DNA of 64,000 nucleotides from the human T2T-CHM13v2.0 reference genome, Homo sapiens. The stretch lies in NCBI RefSeq assembly GCF_009914755.1, contig NC_060932.1. One strand, given 5' to 3'. A program made the translations under genes and the position numbers. The notes under the pieces are model-generated. The model was not told where the DNA came from and searched no databases. It worked only from the letters and a program-made list of their open reading frames with translations. This document shows positions 25,251 through 40,359 of this stretch, piece after piece; position 1 is the first letter of the stretch, and every line of letters starts with the position of its first letter.

Positions 25251-27282
25251 TACCATCAATTCTTTTACAATTATACATACTCTTAATCTTCTTGGAAGGA
25301 TTTGATTCCTTAGATGAGCCACAATAATGACAGAAAAAAACCGTTACGGGAAAGTGGAGTAAATGATACAACTGAAGATGCTAGGGTTCCATTACGGTGC
25401 GAGAGAATACAGGTCTGCTATTGTAATGTACCACACACGCACAGGCAAGATGAAATGAAGTCAAAGGAGGCTTTGAAGGGGAAAGGTGAGTGGAAAGAAA
25501 AGAGAAAAGCCAGCCAGTGACTCTCCTTTTATCTGCACTGTGAGAATTGTGTTGAAGTTAGGGAGAGACTTGTTTATAGTAGAAGTCAAAAAAGTGCCTC
25601 TGTGGGAACAAGAAAAGGAAAATTCCATTAACTCACCAGTTATTCGAGCTTAGAGGGTAACAGAAAAATGGGATGGACTTCACTCAATCCTTTTTGTGGC
25701 TAGGATTAGAGAAGAGATCTCATCTCGGTCCCACTTTAAGACAATTCAGATGGCCAGGCTCTCTTACACCACAATCTGTAAAGAGTTAGAAGAGTATCTT
25801 GCACCAATGTGGTTCTTCTTTCAGATCTTTTGCTGTGTAGCTACAATCACAGTTGTAGAATAGAGCGCTTGTTTTTAAAAGTAAAAATAAAAATAGATTT
25901 TGAAGCCTCATAGAGTCACTTTCTAGATCCCCCCTCCTCATTATTTCACCACAAGTCTTATAAAATGTTCAACATCTGCCCCCCGATGGGAGGAGGCCAG
26001 TCTGAGCATCCCTTCAGGTGGCCCACAGGGCACCAGGCTTCTCTCAAGCCAGAGGCTGCACTTGAGAAGTCCCTTCTGCAGAGCGGCTTCTCCCTACCAG
26101 GAGCCCTTGTCCAGATGGGCAGTGAGAAAGGGGTCAGGGGACCACATTACTCAGTGCCTTAAATTAAAACACGACAGATTGGACATGCACTTCCTTGCAA
26201 ACAGGCAACTGGTGTATATGGTCTCCACTGAAGTAGAGTGCCTTTTCTTGCAAAAAACAATGAACTGCAAATAACAAACAGCAATTCCAACCCTGGCTGG
26301 CAACCAACATATGTCTTCCAGCAAGAACTGCTACTTAAGCTCCCTCTCAGGCTTCACGCTGTATGCTGAGCCCAGGGTGGGGGCTCTGCCTCCTCTTCTC
26401 CCAACACTGCCAACCATCACGGGGACCCACTTGAAGGCTGAAGGTGGCAAAGGTTGTGTAGAAGCAGTTGGGAGAAGAAGGTGGGGTGATTTGGGCAAAG
26501 CTGGAGTTCCTGCTTGGTTTTCTGTTTGTTTCGTTTTGATCAGTGGTTAAAGCATGTCAGAGGAGCACTTGGGATTTTGAACAAGATTAAGGCAGAATAA
26601 TTCTGTGCTGTGCCCGGCTAAGGGCCTTCATGGGGAAGAGGTGGGTGCCCATGGGTCTGAGGCAGTCCAAATTGCTCCTTCCCACTGAGGCCCCAGCACA
26701 CAGTGTGGAAGCATCTAGCACATTGCAGGAAAACAACCAACAAAAGAGAGGGGCAACCCCAGGAGGCACTAAAACTGGCAGGCAGTGTGTGTGACACCCC
26801 ATCCCCACCCCAGGCTCATAAGCCAGGGCAGCCAACTCCTGGGCTGCAGGGGAAATGCCTGATGTGGACAGAGACAAAGGCCTGCCACGTAGAGTGCTGC
26901 TAACACTAGTTCCTACTAGACATCTACTCCCATGGGGGCAGTGGCAACAATGGTTTGCTTACTCATGGCCAGGAGGATTGAGTGGAGTGCTGGTGCTCCA
27001 TGGAGGACTCCTGGGGGTTAGTGTGCCATGCTGGCACAGTCCTCAGCTGTCACTCTCTCAAGGATACACAGGATAGAGCTGATTCCTGAATCTTGAACCA
27101 AAATCTCAGCTGTGATAGAAATACGGATCTGCCAATGGATGTGTTTTCTGGAAGCTACTAAATCACCATGAAATCTGTCCACCAAAATTGTCTCTGTGAA
27201 ACTGAGAATTTCACCCTTGAAGCAAATAACAGTTTTTCACTGACAAAACAGACACTCATACCCTGAAACATATTTGTACATG

Positions 27283-27808
27283 TGTAATAGTTCATTTTAT
27301 ATGTCAACTTGACTGGGCCATGGGTGCCCAGATATTCGGTCATACATTATTCTAGGTATGGCTGTGATGGTGTTTTTGGATGAGATTAACATTTAAACTG
27401 GCAGACTGAATAAAGCAAATGGCCCTCCCTAGTGTGGGTGGGGCCCATCCAATCAGCTGATGGCCTAAATAGAATTAAAAAGGTGACCCTCCCCTTTTGA
27501 AAAGGAGGGAATTCTTCCTCCCAACAGCCTTCAAGCCAGGACACTGGTTTTTCCTGCCTTTGATCTCAAGCTGAAACACTGGCCCTTCCTGTGTCCTAAG
27601 CCTGCCAGCCTTCAAATTGGAGTCACACCATTGGCTCTCCTGGGACCCCAGCTTGCTGACAGCAGACATTGGGATTTGTCAACCTCCACAGTCACATCAG
27701 CCAATTCCTTCTTTTGAACACAAACACACACACACACACACGCACACGCACACGAACACACACACACCCCTATGAGTTCTGTTTCTCTAAGAAACTCTGA
27801 CAAACACA
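27283..27808 (+). mobile_element. MLT2 (ERVL) solo LTR with internal (CA)n at ~27720-27767
   Basis: tgtaatagttcattttatatgtcaacttgactgggcca...ggatgagattaacattt...ttctgtttctctaagaaactctgacaaacaca. Confidence 0.88.
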
Positions 27809-29178
27809 ACGTATTTCTTATCAGGTCTCAGTAAAGCAGGAATGGTGGCCGAGTCACAGAGAAGCAGGCTTGGTAAAGTGCATGCTGCTGGACAGCCTCA
27901 CTTGGACAAGACTGCATCAGGTAAGCTCTTGTACACAGGGGAGTGTCCTGGCCATTCGTATGTGCACATGGACTGAAAAGTAACTTGTACAATGAACGAA
28001 TGACCCACACCACTTCACTGGGAGCCCAACTCCCTCCCCCACCTCAGAGGCTGACACCCCACAATGCCCTAGCACCCCCAGTCTGCTGTTTAGGGCAAAC
28101 CCTCAGCAGTAAAAACAATACAAAATTAACACAAAACTCAGAAAGACCGAAGATTATCATAAAGGCAAACTGTTCAATCATCCTGACCTTCTTAAAAAGA
28201 AGATGCTGTGTCATCATAAGGTGTACTTATTACTTAAAACACCCCCAGGGAAAGAAGAAAGGGCACGGTGCAGTAGCTGGCTCGGTGAACCCAGGAACAA
28301 GAGGCCAAGACAAATGTCAGTGACAGTCTTAGACAGGCACTGATTGTTCTGCTAAATATCAAGGGGCAGGAATGCTCAGTGCAGGTTCACTATTTGCAAG
28401 AACCAAGAAATTGTCATTTGTTAAAAACGCCAACATGACTTCAAGAGGGTAACATAGGTCAGGAAGCCCATGGCCAAAGGACATTATGCCCTAGGACATG
28501 CCATAAGGCTATAAACTGCTTGGACTCCAAGTGGGCAGAAGGGCGGAAGGGAGAGACCAGGCTGAGATACTTCCGAGACTTGGAATCCTTGGCCCATGTT
28601 ACAACCAGGCAAGTCATTACTCTATGCAGGCCCTCTTCCACCACCCCTACCTCTGCCTCCAGTCACCCAGCTGGCGCCAGCCACCAGCTCCTGTACCCAC
28701 TCCTGCCTGGAGCCCTGCTCCCACCCTACACTCACAAGGCCTCCCTGCTCAGCACCTGCCCCCACCCCAGACCCAGGTACACGGGCCCCTGGTGCTCCCC
28801 ACAGCACTCCTGGGTCCCTGGGCCACCTCCCTGAAGCATTCATCACTCTCGATCGGAACTGCCTGTTTAAGGCTGCATTTTCCATACCTCTTGACCAGTT
28901 CTGATTGTTCTTTTTTCCAGTGTACTTTTTGCCTCTAACGTACTATTATAATTTACTTATTACATGTATATGGATTGGCTATCTACCCCAATTAAAACGT
29001 AAGCTTCTCGACCATATCATTCATCTGATATGTTCACTGAAATATCCCAAGTGCTGAGAACAGTGACTGGCTGGTAAAAGCAGCTCAAGGTGTATTTGTT
29101 GCATGAAAAAATAAGTCATTTCCCTTGTTAGACTATTTGCCTCTTGAGAGCAGGAACAATCTTAATTCTGTAGCCCAG

Positions 29179-29707
29179 TGTGGTGGGCACAGTAATGCCC
29201 GCACCCCTCAACCAAAGCTGTCCATGTCCTCATCTTTGAGGCCTGTGAATATGTTGCCTTATATAGCAAAGAAGAATGTGTAAATGTGATCACATTAAGG
29301 AGCTGGTGACAGAGAAGCCATCCCAGGTGGACAGTCCTGGATTATCTGGGTGGGTCCAATGTCATCAGAAGGGCCCTTTAAAAAGGGAGTAGGAAGGCTG
29401 GCAATCGCAATTTGCCCCTGGAAACAGAGGTCAGAGTGAGTGGATGTCAGACCTTAGCCTGCCGTTGCTGGCTCTGGGGATGGAGGAAGGGAGCCTCGGG
29501 TCAAGGAGTGCAGGTGGCCCCTAGATGCCCAAAAAGGCAAGAAAGGAATCTTTCCCAGAAACACTGTAGCTCTCTCGACACCTTGAGTTTAGCACAGGAA
29601 GCACTGCAGACTTCTGACCTCCAGAATTGTAAGACAGTATCAGTTTGTGTTGTTTTAAACCATAAATTTGTGGTAATTTGTGGCAGTGGCAATAGGAAAT
29701 TAACACA
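29179..29707 (+). mobile_element. MLT1 (MLT1D-like) solo LTR
   Basis: tgtggtgggcacagtaatg...cctgtgaatatgttgccttatatagcaaa...gacttctgacctccagaattgtaaga...ggaaattaacaca. Confidence 0.85.
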
Positions 29708-32309
29708 ACCAGAGACTGAACACAGAGTGGTTGCTCAGTAAATGCCTGCTAAATGAGTGCCCGTCAACCATACATACAATGTTACTTTGAGTCTAAAATA
29801 AAATTTAATCATAAGAACATCCATCAGTGATTTAAGCCATGAGCCACTGGTGATGACTATTGCTGTTATTTTCTTTGGTTTTTCTTTTCCTTTAAATAAC
29901 TAATTTTGACTCAGAGATGCTCATGATAGCATTTCCTGTGCGGCTAGCTGTCTTCCATTTACCTTCTTAGGCAGTTCTATTTATCAAATACAAATTTCCT
30001 CCTCATAAAACCTTAACGCAAGATTTAACAACACTAACAAAAGTAATCACCTTATTTAATGAAAACTGTCAGGTTTAACAAACACACATTTAGTTGCACT
30101 CAGGTTCTCATCTGGGCCCTTCTGCCAGGCTGGAGTGGGGCACGCAAGCATGATTCTTTCTGAGCGTTGGGAGATGCTCGGGCCCCATGAATCTATTTTT
30201 AATGCCAACACTCAAGAAAAGAGGGAAAGTGACAAGAAGTCGTTGAGGACAGATTTCTGTGTCCAACAAAGAATTTAAATGGTCTCAATTATGGGCAAAA
30301 TCTTTTCCTTGTCTCTTTAAAGACCAAGAAGCAAACAGTTTTTTCCCAGCTCTCTTCTCTCCAACACTGCCAGCCCCGTACCAGGCCTGCCATTACTTTC
30401 ATCCCAGAAGCTGAAAACCCCAGAAGACTTGGGATTAATCCCTTTCAGTGATTATTGATGAATTTTGATATATAAGATTCTTTTCAATTAACATTAACAA
30501 GTCATGAAAAATTGTAAATAGAGTATATATCTATTTGTTTATGAGAAATAAATTTTGAAATGTTTAACCATCCAGAAGCAACTTATGTACAATGTAGAAT
30601 TTGTTTTGTTTTTGGTCTTGTGGAAGATGTATATAAAAGAGATCTAAAAAGATCTCAAAAGATGCTATCCCATAGTAATCTGAAACATTGTTCTGCGATA
30701 TACATCACATACTTTATGATGAGGAATTCTTGCTTTTTTCTCTCCGGCAATACTGATTTGTAGGATACAATTGAAGAATCAAAACCTCCAACATAGTCAA
30801 TTCTATTTCATAACATTTTTTAAGCAACTACTATGTGTAATGTCTTGGGTTTGAGCAAGAGAAAGCCCCTGACATCAAGGTCCCTCCCACAGGAGGAAAA
30901 GCTTTCCTCTTTCCAACTGGTGCAACAGAGTTCACATTTCATTGCTTCAGCACAGTTATTAAGCAGATATAATTTCTTGACTGAAAAAATCCTAAACCAG
31001 AGTTTAATTAAAAGAAAAAGGTTGAAACCAATTTTTCTAATAAATACTGCTATATTTCAATTTAAACTATAGGACAATGGAATTCAGAGGGCATCCTTTC
31101 ACCTGGGAGAGCCTGAAACACTTCATTTCCTTTGCTATAGGAGTGGTGCTCAGCGTCTACCCGCCCATCAGTCTGTCCACCCACTCTCCTCTCTGTCATT
31201 TATCAACAGCCACCGTGAGCGAGGTGCGGGGCCAGGCAGACAAGATAATGGCCAGGACATACACCTTCTTGGGGAACATTTCCAAATGCAGTTCCCCACG
31301 ACTGTGTTCAACAGCACCACTCTTTGCTGTGTTTGCAGTAAGAAAGAAGATCCTCAGAAGGGCGGCACTGTTTTCTCCTCCCGCAAACACATTTAGCTTG
31401 TCGACACTGGTCGTTCTGGATGCTTATCTGCCTCATCCCTTGTGGTGCTGTCAGTCTGATGCCTCAAAGCATATCTAAGCTATAACCCAACCCCTGTGAC
31501 CTCGTGTATCACTGCATTGCCTGCGAGGCTCAATAAATCATGTCTCCCAGCAGCAGCAAATCAATCTAGTTCTCAGAAACAAGACACAAGTCACAACCAG
31601 AAGCACCTTCCTGCACTCTCAAAAGGATTTTGCGTGTATGAAACATTCAAAGTCCTCCTGATACCATCCCAGAGAGACCCTTCCTAAAGTACCAGGTCCA
31701 GCTGGGGACTCCACATGTCAAGATGCAAATGAGGAGTTTCAGAAGATATTTATAAGACAATCTGAAGACTGCAATCTAGTAAACACCAAGAAAAGCTAAA
31801 AAGGTACTTAGCCTGGAAGTGTATGAATCTTTTCTCAGCCAACGCAGATACCAGGTTGCTACAGACTGAAGCATCCCCCTGCCTACTCTCCAGCTCGACT
31901 CCTGAGAGAAATCACACTGTGGAGGAGGGATTTTAGGACATGTGATCCAAACATTCATCTAGATATGCTAAGTCTTGTCCGTAGGTCAAGAAACCCAAGA
32001 GGTGAACCTGAATGTACTTACTAATTCCCCCAGAGAACTACTTGGCCTGAATTTCATGCTTTGCATTGTGCCCTGGGCACACTCAGGGGACAGTTGTGGA
32101 GACAGCGCTGGGATGTCCCCTCCTGGCTCATGAGGTCACCAGGCACACATCACTCAGGCGTCCTTATGTGAGTGCCTCATTAAGAAATATCTTATTTGTT
32201 AGTGCCAAGAAAAGCTAACCCCCTTCCTGAGTTAACTGTTTAACGTCTCCTTTTTGTTTTCTGTTACACAATTCAGTAACAAATTTAGTCAATTTCAGAC
32301 AACTCTAGT

Positions 32310-32612
32310 AATACACACCTCTTCCAGGTCTCTCCTCGGATGTCAGAGATCTTCCCCAACAACCCTTTACAAAATCACCCCAACCCACACTCCTGGACCC
32401 CACTCCTCTCCCACTTCCCTTGCTTTACTTTTCTCCTGGCACTTGTTCACCATCTGACATCCTTTATGTCATACTGGTTTATTCGAGCTTTATCCTTTTC
32501 CCCACTGGAAAATAACCACCATGATGGCAGACACTGGTTCTCTCCTAGATCCCAGCAACTGGAACTCTGCCTGACAACAGTAAGCACTCAATAAATACCA
32601 AATGAATCAATA
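32310..32612 (+). mobile_element. L2 3'-end fragment
   Basis: Ends ...cctgacaacagtaagcactcaataaataccaaatgaat, a typical L2 tail. Similar tails occur at ~4270-4400 and ~28930-29110. Confidence 0.7.
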
Positions 32613-33426
32613 CAGGAGTGGCTAAATGTCAGAAACTCCATGGTTTGCATTTCTTCTTTCTCTGTGAACTTGAACTTTGATTTCAGATTATATATTTCCC
32701 TGGTTTTGATGCATTTCCTATTTTGGTTTTCTGTTTTTTAAAGTATTTGTGTAAGCCAGCTAAAATCTTTTGTAAAATGAAACAGGAGGTAGCAGATAGA
32801 GACACAGGTATAAACAGATAAAAAGGATGACCTAATTATCAAACACATTGCATTTTAACAGATGGTGAAGTCTCCACTGAGGGCAGAAAAGGAAATGAGC
32901 CAAGCAGATAAAGGATTAATTAAGTGGAGTAACCTTTATTCCAAAACTGATCATCTCTTCCTACCAGAGCAGTATCCTGTGTTGATCTGATCGGGTGGTT
33001 ACTATTTAGGAAGGCCAGTCCACTGGGAAATCCTCCTGGCTTCTCCGGCTACCCCCATGCATCCTACTAGCTCAATTTACTAATGGCGCCTTAGGCACTG
33101 AGAGCTGTTTTCATCAGAGATGTGTCTCAATGGTCCACATCATGCTCATTTTCACTCTGGGACTCTTTGAAAGAAAATGAATGGAGAGTTTCCAGAATTT
33201 TTTTTTTTAATATACTATATCTCTCCCCCAAACACCTCCCACATATAGAGCTATTGAAGAAGCACTCCCATGAGATCAGAGGTAGAATAAGAAAAGGTAT
33301 GAGACTAGACCAATTTCATTCCAAGTTCTACCTCAGGTAAGTTAAAGACTTAGAAACACAGGGAGAAGGAGAGAACCTGACTGTGAGACACACAGAGATG
33401 AATAGTTACAGAAGGAGGGTCCCTAC

Positions 33427-33557
33427 CTGCTTAACCACAGTCACCGTCCCTGGTGCCATGGCAACCACCGAGGCAAGGGCAGTGGCGTCATGGGTCTCGG
33501 CGCCCAGCTCAATGATCTGCTGCAGGATGTTCACGGCCGTGGGGTCCAGTCGGTCGC
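33427..33557 (-). CDS. ZFAT: ZFAT penultimate coding exon (131 nt, phase 1->0) GDRLDPTAVNILQQIIELGAETHDATALASVVAMAPGTVTVVKQ
   Basis: Acceptor ttcttcctcttaag|GC, donor CAG|gtaggg. CpG-rich open frame. Phases match both neighbours. Confidence 0.94.
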
Positions 33558-36282
33558 CTTAAGAGGAAGAAGCAAAGAGGACACCATTCAGGCCACTGGT
33601 GCTGAAGGACATGGAATGCAAAACCAGCCTGTCTGTTCTCTCGGGTGACGCCTTCTCCAGAGGATGCATGGGCTCTCCGTAATCGCTCAGTTTGACAACA
33701 GAAATAATCTGTATAGTGCTTTATAGCTTACAAAGCATTTTCTATAAGAACATCTCAAAACCCCAAGCAACCCTGTGAGGATGGGACATTGAGACGTTAT
33801 TTGCATTTTGTAGAAGCCTCATTTGGGCCACTGAGTCAGTTACACCACAAAGCCAGAACTTGAACCCACGTGCTCTGAGTCCTAACATGCGGACATGTGG
33901 CTGCCCTCGAAGCTGAACTCCTGGGAGCACCCAGCAAGCCCGTTCAGCCGCAGACTCAATGAAAGTGTGTGCCAAGAAATTCCACAAGTTATGGGCAAAA
34001 CATCCAAAGATGTATCAATTATTCAACGAGTAGGCTTTGGAACTCCAAACCAATTGAAGCTGGGGGTTCTATTTTAACCATCTCTAAAGACGGGATTCTG
34101 CATCATCAGGCAGCTATTTAGTATCCCCGCCTGCTCCCACCATCTGCCAGGCCATCTGCAACCGTCCTGAGCACACCCTGACCCTGATCACTAATTTACT
34201 AAAAGAGAAATGACTGCTTGATCTCCACCTCAGCATGATATTATGCAGTCTCTGCCAACATTTTCATCCTCATGGGCAGCTTTCTGTGGGCCGTGTTCCA
34301 ATGCGAGTCAATCAATAAGAGATCAGAGAAGGGGAACTCAACGTGTCTCATGCAGAAGGTAGGACAAGCCAGTGGCTGAGGCAGTGGCGGACTTATATTC
34401 ACAATGCATCGCCGGCACCCCCAAACACATGCCCCTTAAGGGAAATGGTGCAAATGTACCTTGCAGCCAACCACTCCGAACATGCAAGGACGAAAACATT
34501 TACCTGTGCAACTTACTGAGGCGAGGTTCTAATTCCGCATCCATGGACTCCCTCAATGACCCTTTATCAAGCCCTAGCATTATTGCTCCTGCTAAGAATA
34601 AAGACAAAGCCCTACCCCTTCCCCCTCACCCCCCGACTCCTCCCAGGGCTCACAACCTCCTAAGCCAGACTGTAAGCAAATCCTTACAGCACCTGGCAGC
34701 TCCCATGTCAGGAGTGCAATTAGGAAACAGTGCAGAAAAGGGACGGGGTTCTCAGGAGGTGACCTGCAGTCTGAGTACTGAAGATGAGGATGAGTTTGGC
34801 AGAAAAAGGCTGTGAGGGAGAAGAAACCAGGCCATACCCCAGGGAGCACTGGAGCGTGTGTCCCTTCTGAGAGCTGCAAATCTGGCAGAGGGAAGCACAG
34901 CCCAGGAATGGGGTGGCAAGAGACAGTGACAAGGCCAGGCAGGAGCCAGAGAAGCTGAGCCTGGCCTTTTCAGCTGCAAAGTTAAGAGCTAGGAAGAGAC
35001 ATCGGAGGGCCTTAGAAGGAGTGAGAGAGTGAGTGAGTCTGAGAGTGAGAGTGTGTGTGGGGGGTGTGTGTGTGCTCATAGGGGATGAAGACAGACAGGC
35101 TGCATCTTGTAGGCCATGAGCAATCACTGATGTCACTGGACATCATGGAAGGAAACTCAAGTTCTGACAGAACCTCAGTGCTGAGAGCCACATTTAACAG
35201 CTGGGCCTCGACTCTCCCGTCTGCAGAAGTGGAGGCACTGCCTCCTGAATTCCCTGCAGCTCAGCAGGCAGTGAACACAGCCCTGTCCATTAATCTTCCC
35301 TAAACCAACTGGCCCACAGGAGTTTTCTGTTCAGCTTTCTTACAATCTGGAGTTTGGGGTTTTAGGAACTGGGTAAAAATGGTGTCTTTCTAACTCCTAT
35401 TTCCTATCACCGTTTCATTTCACCTAATGCTTCCCTTTTAACCCAACCTGCTTGACCTCTGCCCTCCAGATATGTACAGGGCTGTGGTATGAAACATTAA
35501 CTTGTGTTCTGTTCATCTTTTAAAAAGAGCATCAAGAAAAACTGTTTTCTAAGCATAATGCCCCAACTGCCACTAGGCTGGTACAGTGGCTTGTTTTTTT
35601 TAGAACTGATTTAACATTTGAAAATCATGACATTTGATGTAAAAATCCTGACTGGGCCTTTTGGGAAGGACTTGGAGAATGAGCGATCCTGGTCTTTCAG
35701 GTCTGCAAAGTGACCCCCTGCACGCCAGAGTCTCTGCTACTCTCTACCACCCACTGAGCCCACACCACCTCCTGTCACTGCCTGCCTGGCCCCTGTAGGC
35801 CCTGGAGGAGATGTCCCTGAGGAAGCATGGAATGGGATGATGCCGTGACAAGAAGTTAGGAGACCCAGATTCCAGGATGAGCTCCAACACCCTAAAGTGG
35901 GTGACCCTCAGTCAACCACTAACAACCATTAACCATTAGCCAACCATTAACAATGAAAAGCAACCTTCTGCATCTGTGAAGTGAGAATAGTCAGATCTCC
36001 TCCCCTCACAAGGCGGTTCAGAGAATTAAATGTGGTAAGAGATGTGAGGGACTCTTGCGGCCCTGTTCGAAGGCTTTCCCTCTGCTTTGGCTCTGTTCTA
36101 GAGCATTTCTGGAGGCAGAGATCTCTGGGGGCTGGCAATGGGGCTGCTTCTGCAGTCTGAACGCTGGGTCAGGGATTCGGAAGTAGATCACCTGATGGAC
36201 ATCATTCACCTGCAAACGCATTCATTCAGCATGTCTAGGAAAGACAGTTCTGAGATGGCAAAGGAAGACCAGGCGTCCTCAC

Positions 36283-36409
36283 CACTCTCAGAGGTGTATC
36301 TCAGGTCCTGGAGCGCGGCCACCGCTGCCTGTGTCCCTTGAACGTCTTCTTCGGCCTCTGTGATGTGGAGATACTGGGTGGAGGGCTCCTCAGGAGCTTC
36401 TGTTGCTGT
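36283..36409 (-). CDS. ZFAT: ZFAT internal coding exon (127 nt, phase 0->1) TATEAPEEPSTQYLHITEAEEDVQGTQAAVAALQDLRYTSES
   Basis: Acceptor tttttatttag|ACA, donor AGTG|gtgagg. Open frame with coding-like codon use. Not represented in the ORF track. Confidence 0.93.
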
Positions 36410-36813
36410 CTAAATAAAAACATAGTACCTAAGTCATCTCCTAAAAGATTGACTGTTGCCCAGAAGTTCCAAGATAACATACTAAGATAGAACAAACGCA
36501 TACAAGAAAGCAATACATTGCAACATCTCATTTACCTGGCACCCCTGAGAAACCAGTTGCTCCCATACACTTCTCAAAGAGAAAATTTCTCTGTGAGGAT
36601 CAAGACCTTTAAAAACTAGCTTTGGTAAAAAGCCCCTGCTGTACATTTTTGTGGTGGGAAACAGAGTATGTATGCTGTTCACAATTAGAGATTTGACCAG
36701 TTCAGATATTCTTGCATACACTTAGATTCTAACGGCTCCTCTGTTTCCTCCCACTGCTACCAACATCACTTCTAATCTGTGCCTTACCCTGGGGACTGGG
36801 TGCCATGTGGCCA

Positions 36814-37279
<466 letters not shown>

Positions 37280-38621
37280 GTGCCATTCTTATTCGAACAT
37301 GAAAGTGTAAGAAATAAAACTGACTACAAGAAATATATTTGCACAAAATCAGGACTTGCGAGGGTAGGAGGAGTTAAAGTGGCATTCACAGGTACCTCGT
37401 GCCTCAAAGAGAGAAGAGGTGGAACAGAATTTTTACAGAACTAGATGTTAATAATTATCTCTTTCTGGAAGGGGCAGAGAGTGCAAGCAAAACTGTAAGG
37501 CTGGATGCATGAATGTCACCAATCAAGAAGAACAAAAAGAAGGACTTCAGACAAAATCTACAGGTGCCAAGTTATGCTCTATAAGCATATATCAGTAAAT
37601 GACATAGAGGTTCAGAATAGCATATAATATTCCTTCACAGCCAACTGGCCAAGTCCATTTAGGTGTTTCCATCCTGACATATAGTAGTCACCCAAAAAAT
37701 ATTCAATGAATGCATAAATGAACAAAAAGAAGAACATTTTGTTCTCAGTACCATGAGGCAACAGATTAGCCGACAGTAGATCCAGGCAATGCCTGAGCCC
37801 GTGAAAGGACAGGATGCAACCTGAAAGGTTCCTCCTCATTCTGGGGAAAGCATGTCATAGTTGCTGTCAGGAAGGCTGGTACTCGTTGCAAGGCATTCCT
37901 GGGAGCCAGGTGACACACACATTGCTGGAAGAGGTGGCTTGTTACTCCACTGGTGACCACTTCATGGCAGCTTCCTGGCTGTTCACCATCTCATGGAGAT
38001 GAGTATGGAGTCAACTACCCAGCCTTATGTCAACTATTTCTGTTGGGTTCACGGCTCTGCATAAAGTGCTAGCATCAGCTGGAAGCGAGGCTTTACTGCA
38101 TGCTTTTATAAAAGCACCCACTGACAAGATAGATTGAGTTTTACATCAGTAATTGACACTCGAGTGTCTATTTTGTTAATGAAGAGTAAATTCTTCCAGT
38201 ATGTACTAATACTTGAAACACTAGGTGACTAATTGTTTTTGCATAGATGAAGATGTAAAAGTGATCATCATCAACATCCGCAATAATCATAGCAGCTGCC
38301 ATTTTTGAGGGCCTCCAGGGGCTCATTCAGGCCTCAGCATTTTACAAATGGTTTCTCTCAGTGCTTCTGAGCTCTCAGGGATTATCAGCCTACTGTACAG
38401 AGCAGAACACTGAGCCATGAGGGTTAAAAAATGGCTCAAGGGCAAGCAGTTTATAGGTGACAGAGGATTCAAAGTTAAGTCTGTCAGACTCCAAAACTCT
38501 TACTTTTTAAAAGAATGTTTATAAAAAAATTTTCAATACACAAGAGCAGAGAGACGGGTCTAATAAACCTCCATGTGTCCATTAACCAACTTCAGCAATT
38601 ATCAATCATGGCAAGTCTTTC

Positions 38622-39564
38622 CTTTTTTAATTATACTCTAAGTTCTGGGGTACATGTGCAGAACATGCAGGTTTGTTACATAAGTATACACGTGCCATGG
38701 TGGTTTGCTGCACCCATCAACTCGTCATCTACATTAGGTATTTCTCCTAATGCTATCCCTCCCCTAGCCCTCCACCCCCAACAGGCCCTGGTGTGTGACG
38801 TTCCCCTCCCTGTGTCCATGTGTTCTCATTGTTCAACTCCCATTTATGAGTGAGAACATGTAGTGTTTGGTTTTCTGTTCCTGTGTTAGTTTGCTGAGAA
38901 TGATGGTTTTCAGCTTCATCCATGTGCCTACAAAGGACATGAACTCATCTTTTTTATGGCTGCATAGTATTCCATGGTGTATGTGTACTGAATTTTCTTT
39001 ATGCAGTCTATCATTGATGGGCATTTGGGTTGGTTCCAAGTCTTTGCTATTGTGAATAGTGCTGCAATAAACATACGTGTGTGCATGTGTCCTTATAGTA
39101 GAATGATTTATAATCCTTTGGGTATATGCCCAGTAATGGGATTGCTGGGTCAAATGGTATTTCTGGTTCTAGATCCTTGAGGAATCACCACACCGTCTTC
39201 CACGACGGGCAAACTAATTTACATTCCCACCAACAGTGTAAAAGCATTCCTATTTCTCCACATCCTCTCCACCATCTGTTGTTTCCTGACTTTTTAATGA
39301 TCACCATTCTAACTGGCGTGAGATGGTATCTCATTGTGGTTTTGATTTGCATTTCTCTGATGGCCAGTGATGATGAGCTTTTTTTCATATGTTTGTTGGC
39401 TGCATAAATGTCTTCTTTTGAGAAGTATCTGTTCATATTCTTTGCCCACTTTTTGATGGGGTTGTTTTTTTCTTGTAAATTTGTTTAAGTTCCTTGTAGA
39501 TTCTGGATATTAGCCCTTTGTCAGATGGATAGATTGCAAAAATTTTCTCCCATTCTGTAGGTTG
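38622..39564 (-). mobile_element. 5'-truncated L1PA (about L1PA7/8-like) 3' end, ~940 bp, with ORF2 C-terminal remnant
   Basis: ORF 39185..39436 [15 protein letters not shown]...[17 protein letters not shown]...HCWWECKLV is the L1 ORF2 C-terminus. 18-bp TSD aatcatggc(a/c)ag(t/a)ctttc at 38604-38621 and 39565-39582. Confidence 0.95.
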
Positions 39565-40359
39565 AATCATGGCCAGACTTTCTTGGACTATGTTTCCATG
39601 TACTCCATGCCCTGCCCCAGGATTATTCTGAAGCAAATCCTGAAATCATTATTTGCCCCATAAATATTTCATACTGTCTCTCTAAAAAATAAAACTCATC
39701 CAAAAAAGAACTACAATGCTCCTGTCACACTCAAAAACTTTACAATAAATCCTTAACATCATCAATGGTCTAGACAATGTTTAAATTTCCCCAATTACCT
39801 CACTTTTTAGGTTTGTTCAAATCAAATCTAAATGAGGTTCACACATTAGAACTGATTAATATGTCTCATAAGACTTAAAATCCATATGCTCTCCCTCCAT
39901 TTCTGGCTTTTCTCCCCTTGTAGTTTATTTGTTGAAGACAGCAGGGTGTTTGCCTTAGAGAGCTGTCAGCAATCTAAGTTTCGCTGATTGCATCACCATG
40001 GAATTGACCAATGTTCCTCCATCCATGGTGTTTTCTGTAAATTGGTCACTGGATACAAATACAAAAGCTTAATTAGATTCAGATTCCTTTTTGCAAAGAA
40101 TGCTTCATGGGTTATATTGGGCAGTTCTTTCAGGAGACACGCTTTGGATGGTGGTCTCTTTTATGTAATGTTAGCAGTAACTGATGATCATTGCTAAACC
40201 CATGACATCATTAGAAGGTTGCAACATGGTAATATTCTAATTTTTCATGTGTTAGTTGAAATATTTCAAAAGAAAAAACTTCCCCTCATCGAATGTTTGG
40301 TTATGTTTACATAGGGTTTTGTTTTGTTCTGTTTTGTTTTGTTTTTAAAGGTAGAATAG

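Noticed and set aside
38833-39636. L1 ORF2-like ORFs as an active retrotransposon or gene
   Set aside because: Only the 3' ~940 bp of an L1 is present, with stops and frameshifts, and no promoter, ORF1, EN or RT domain.
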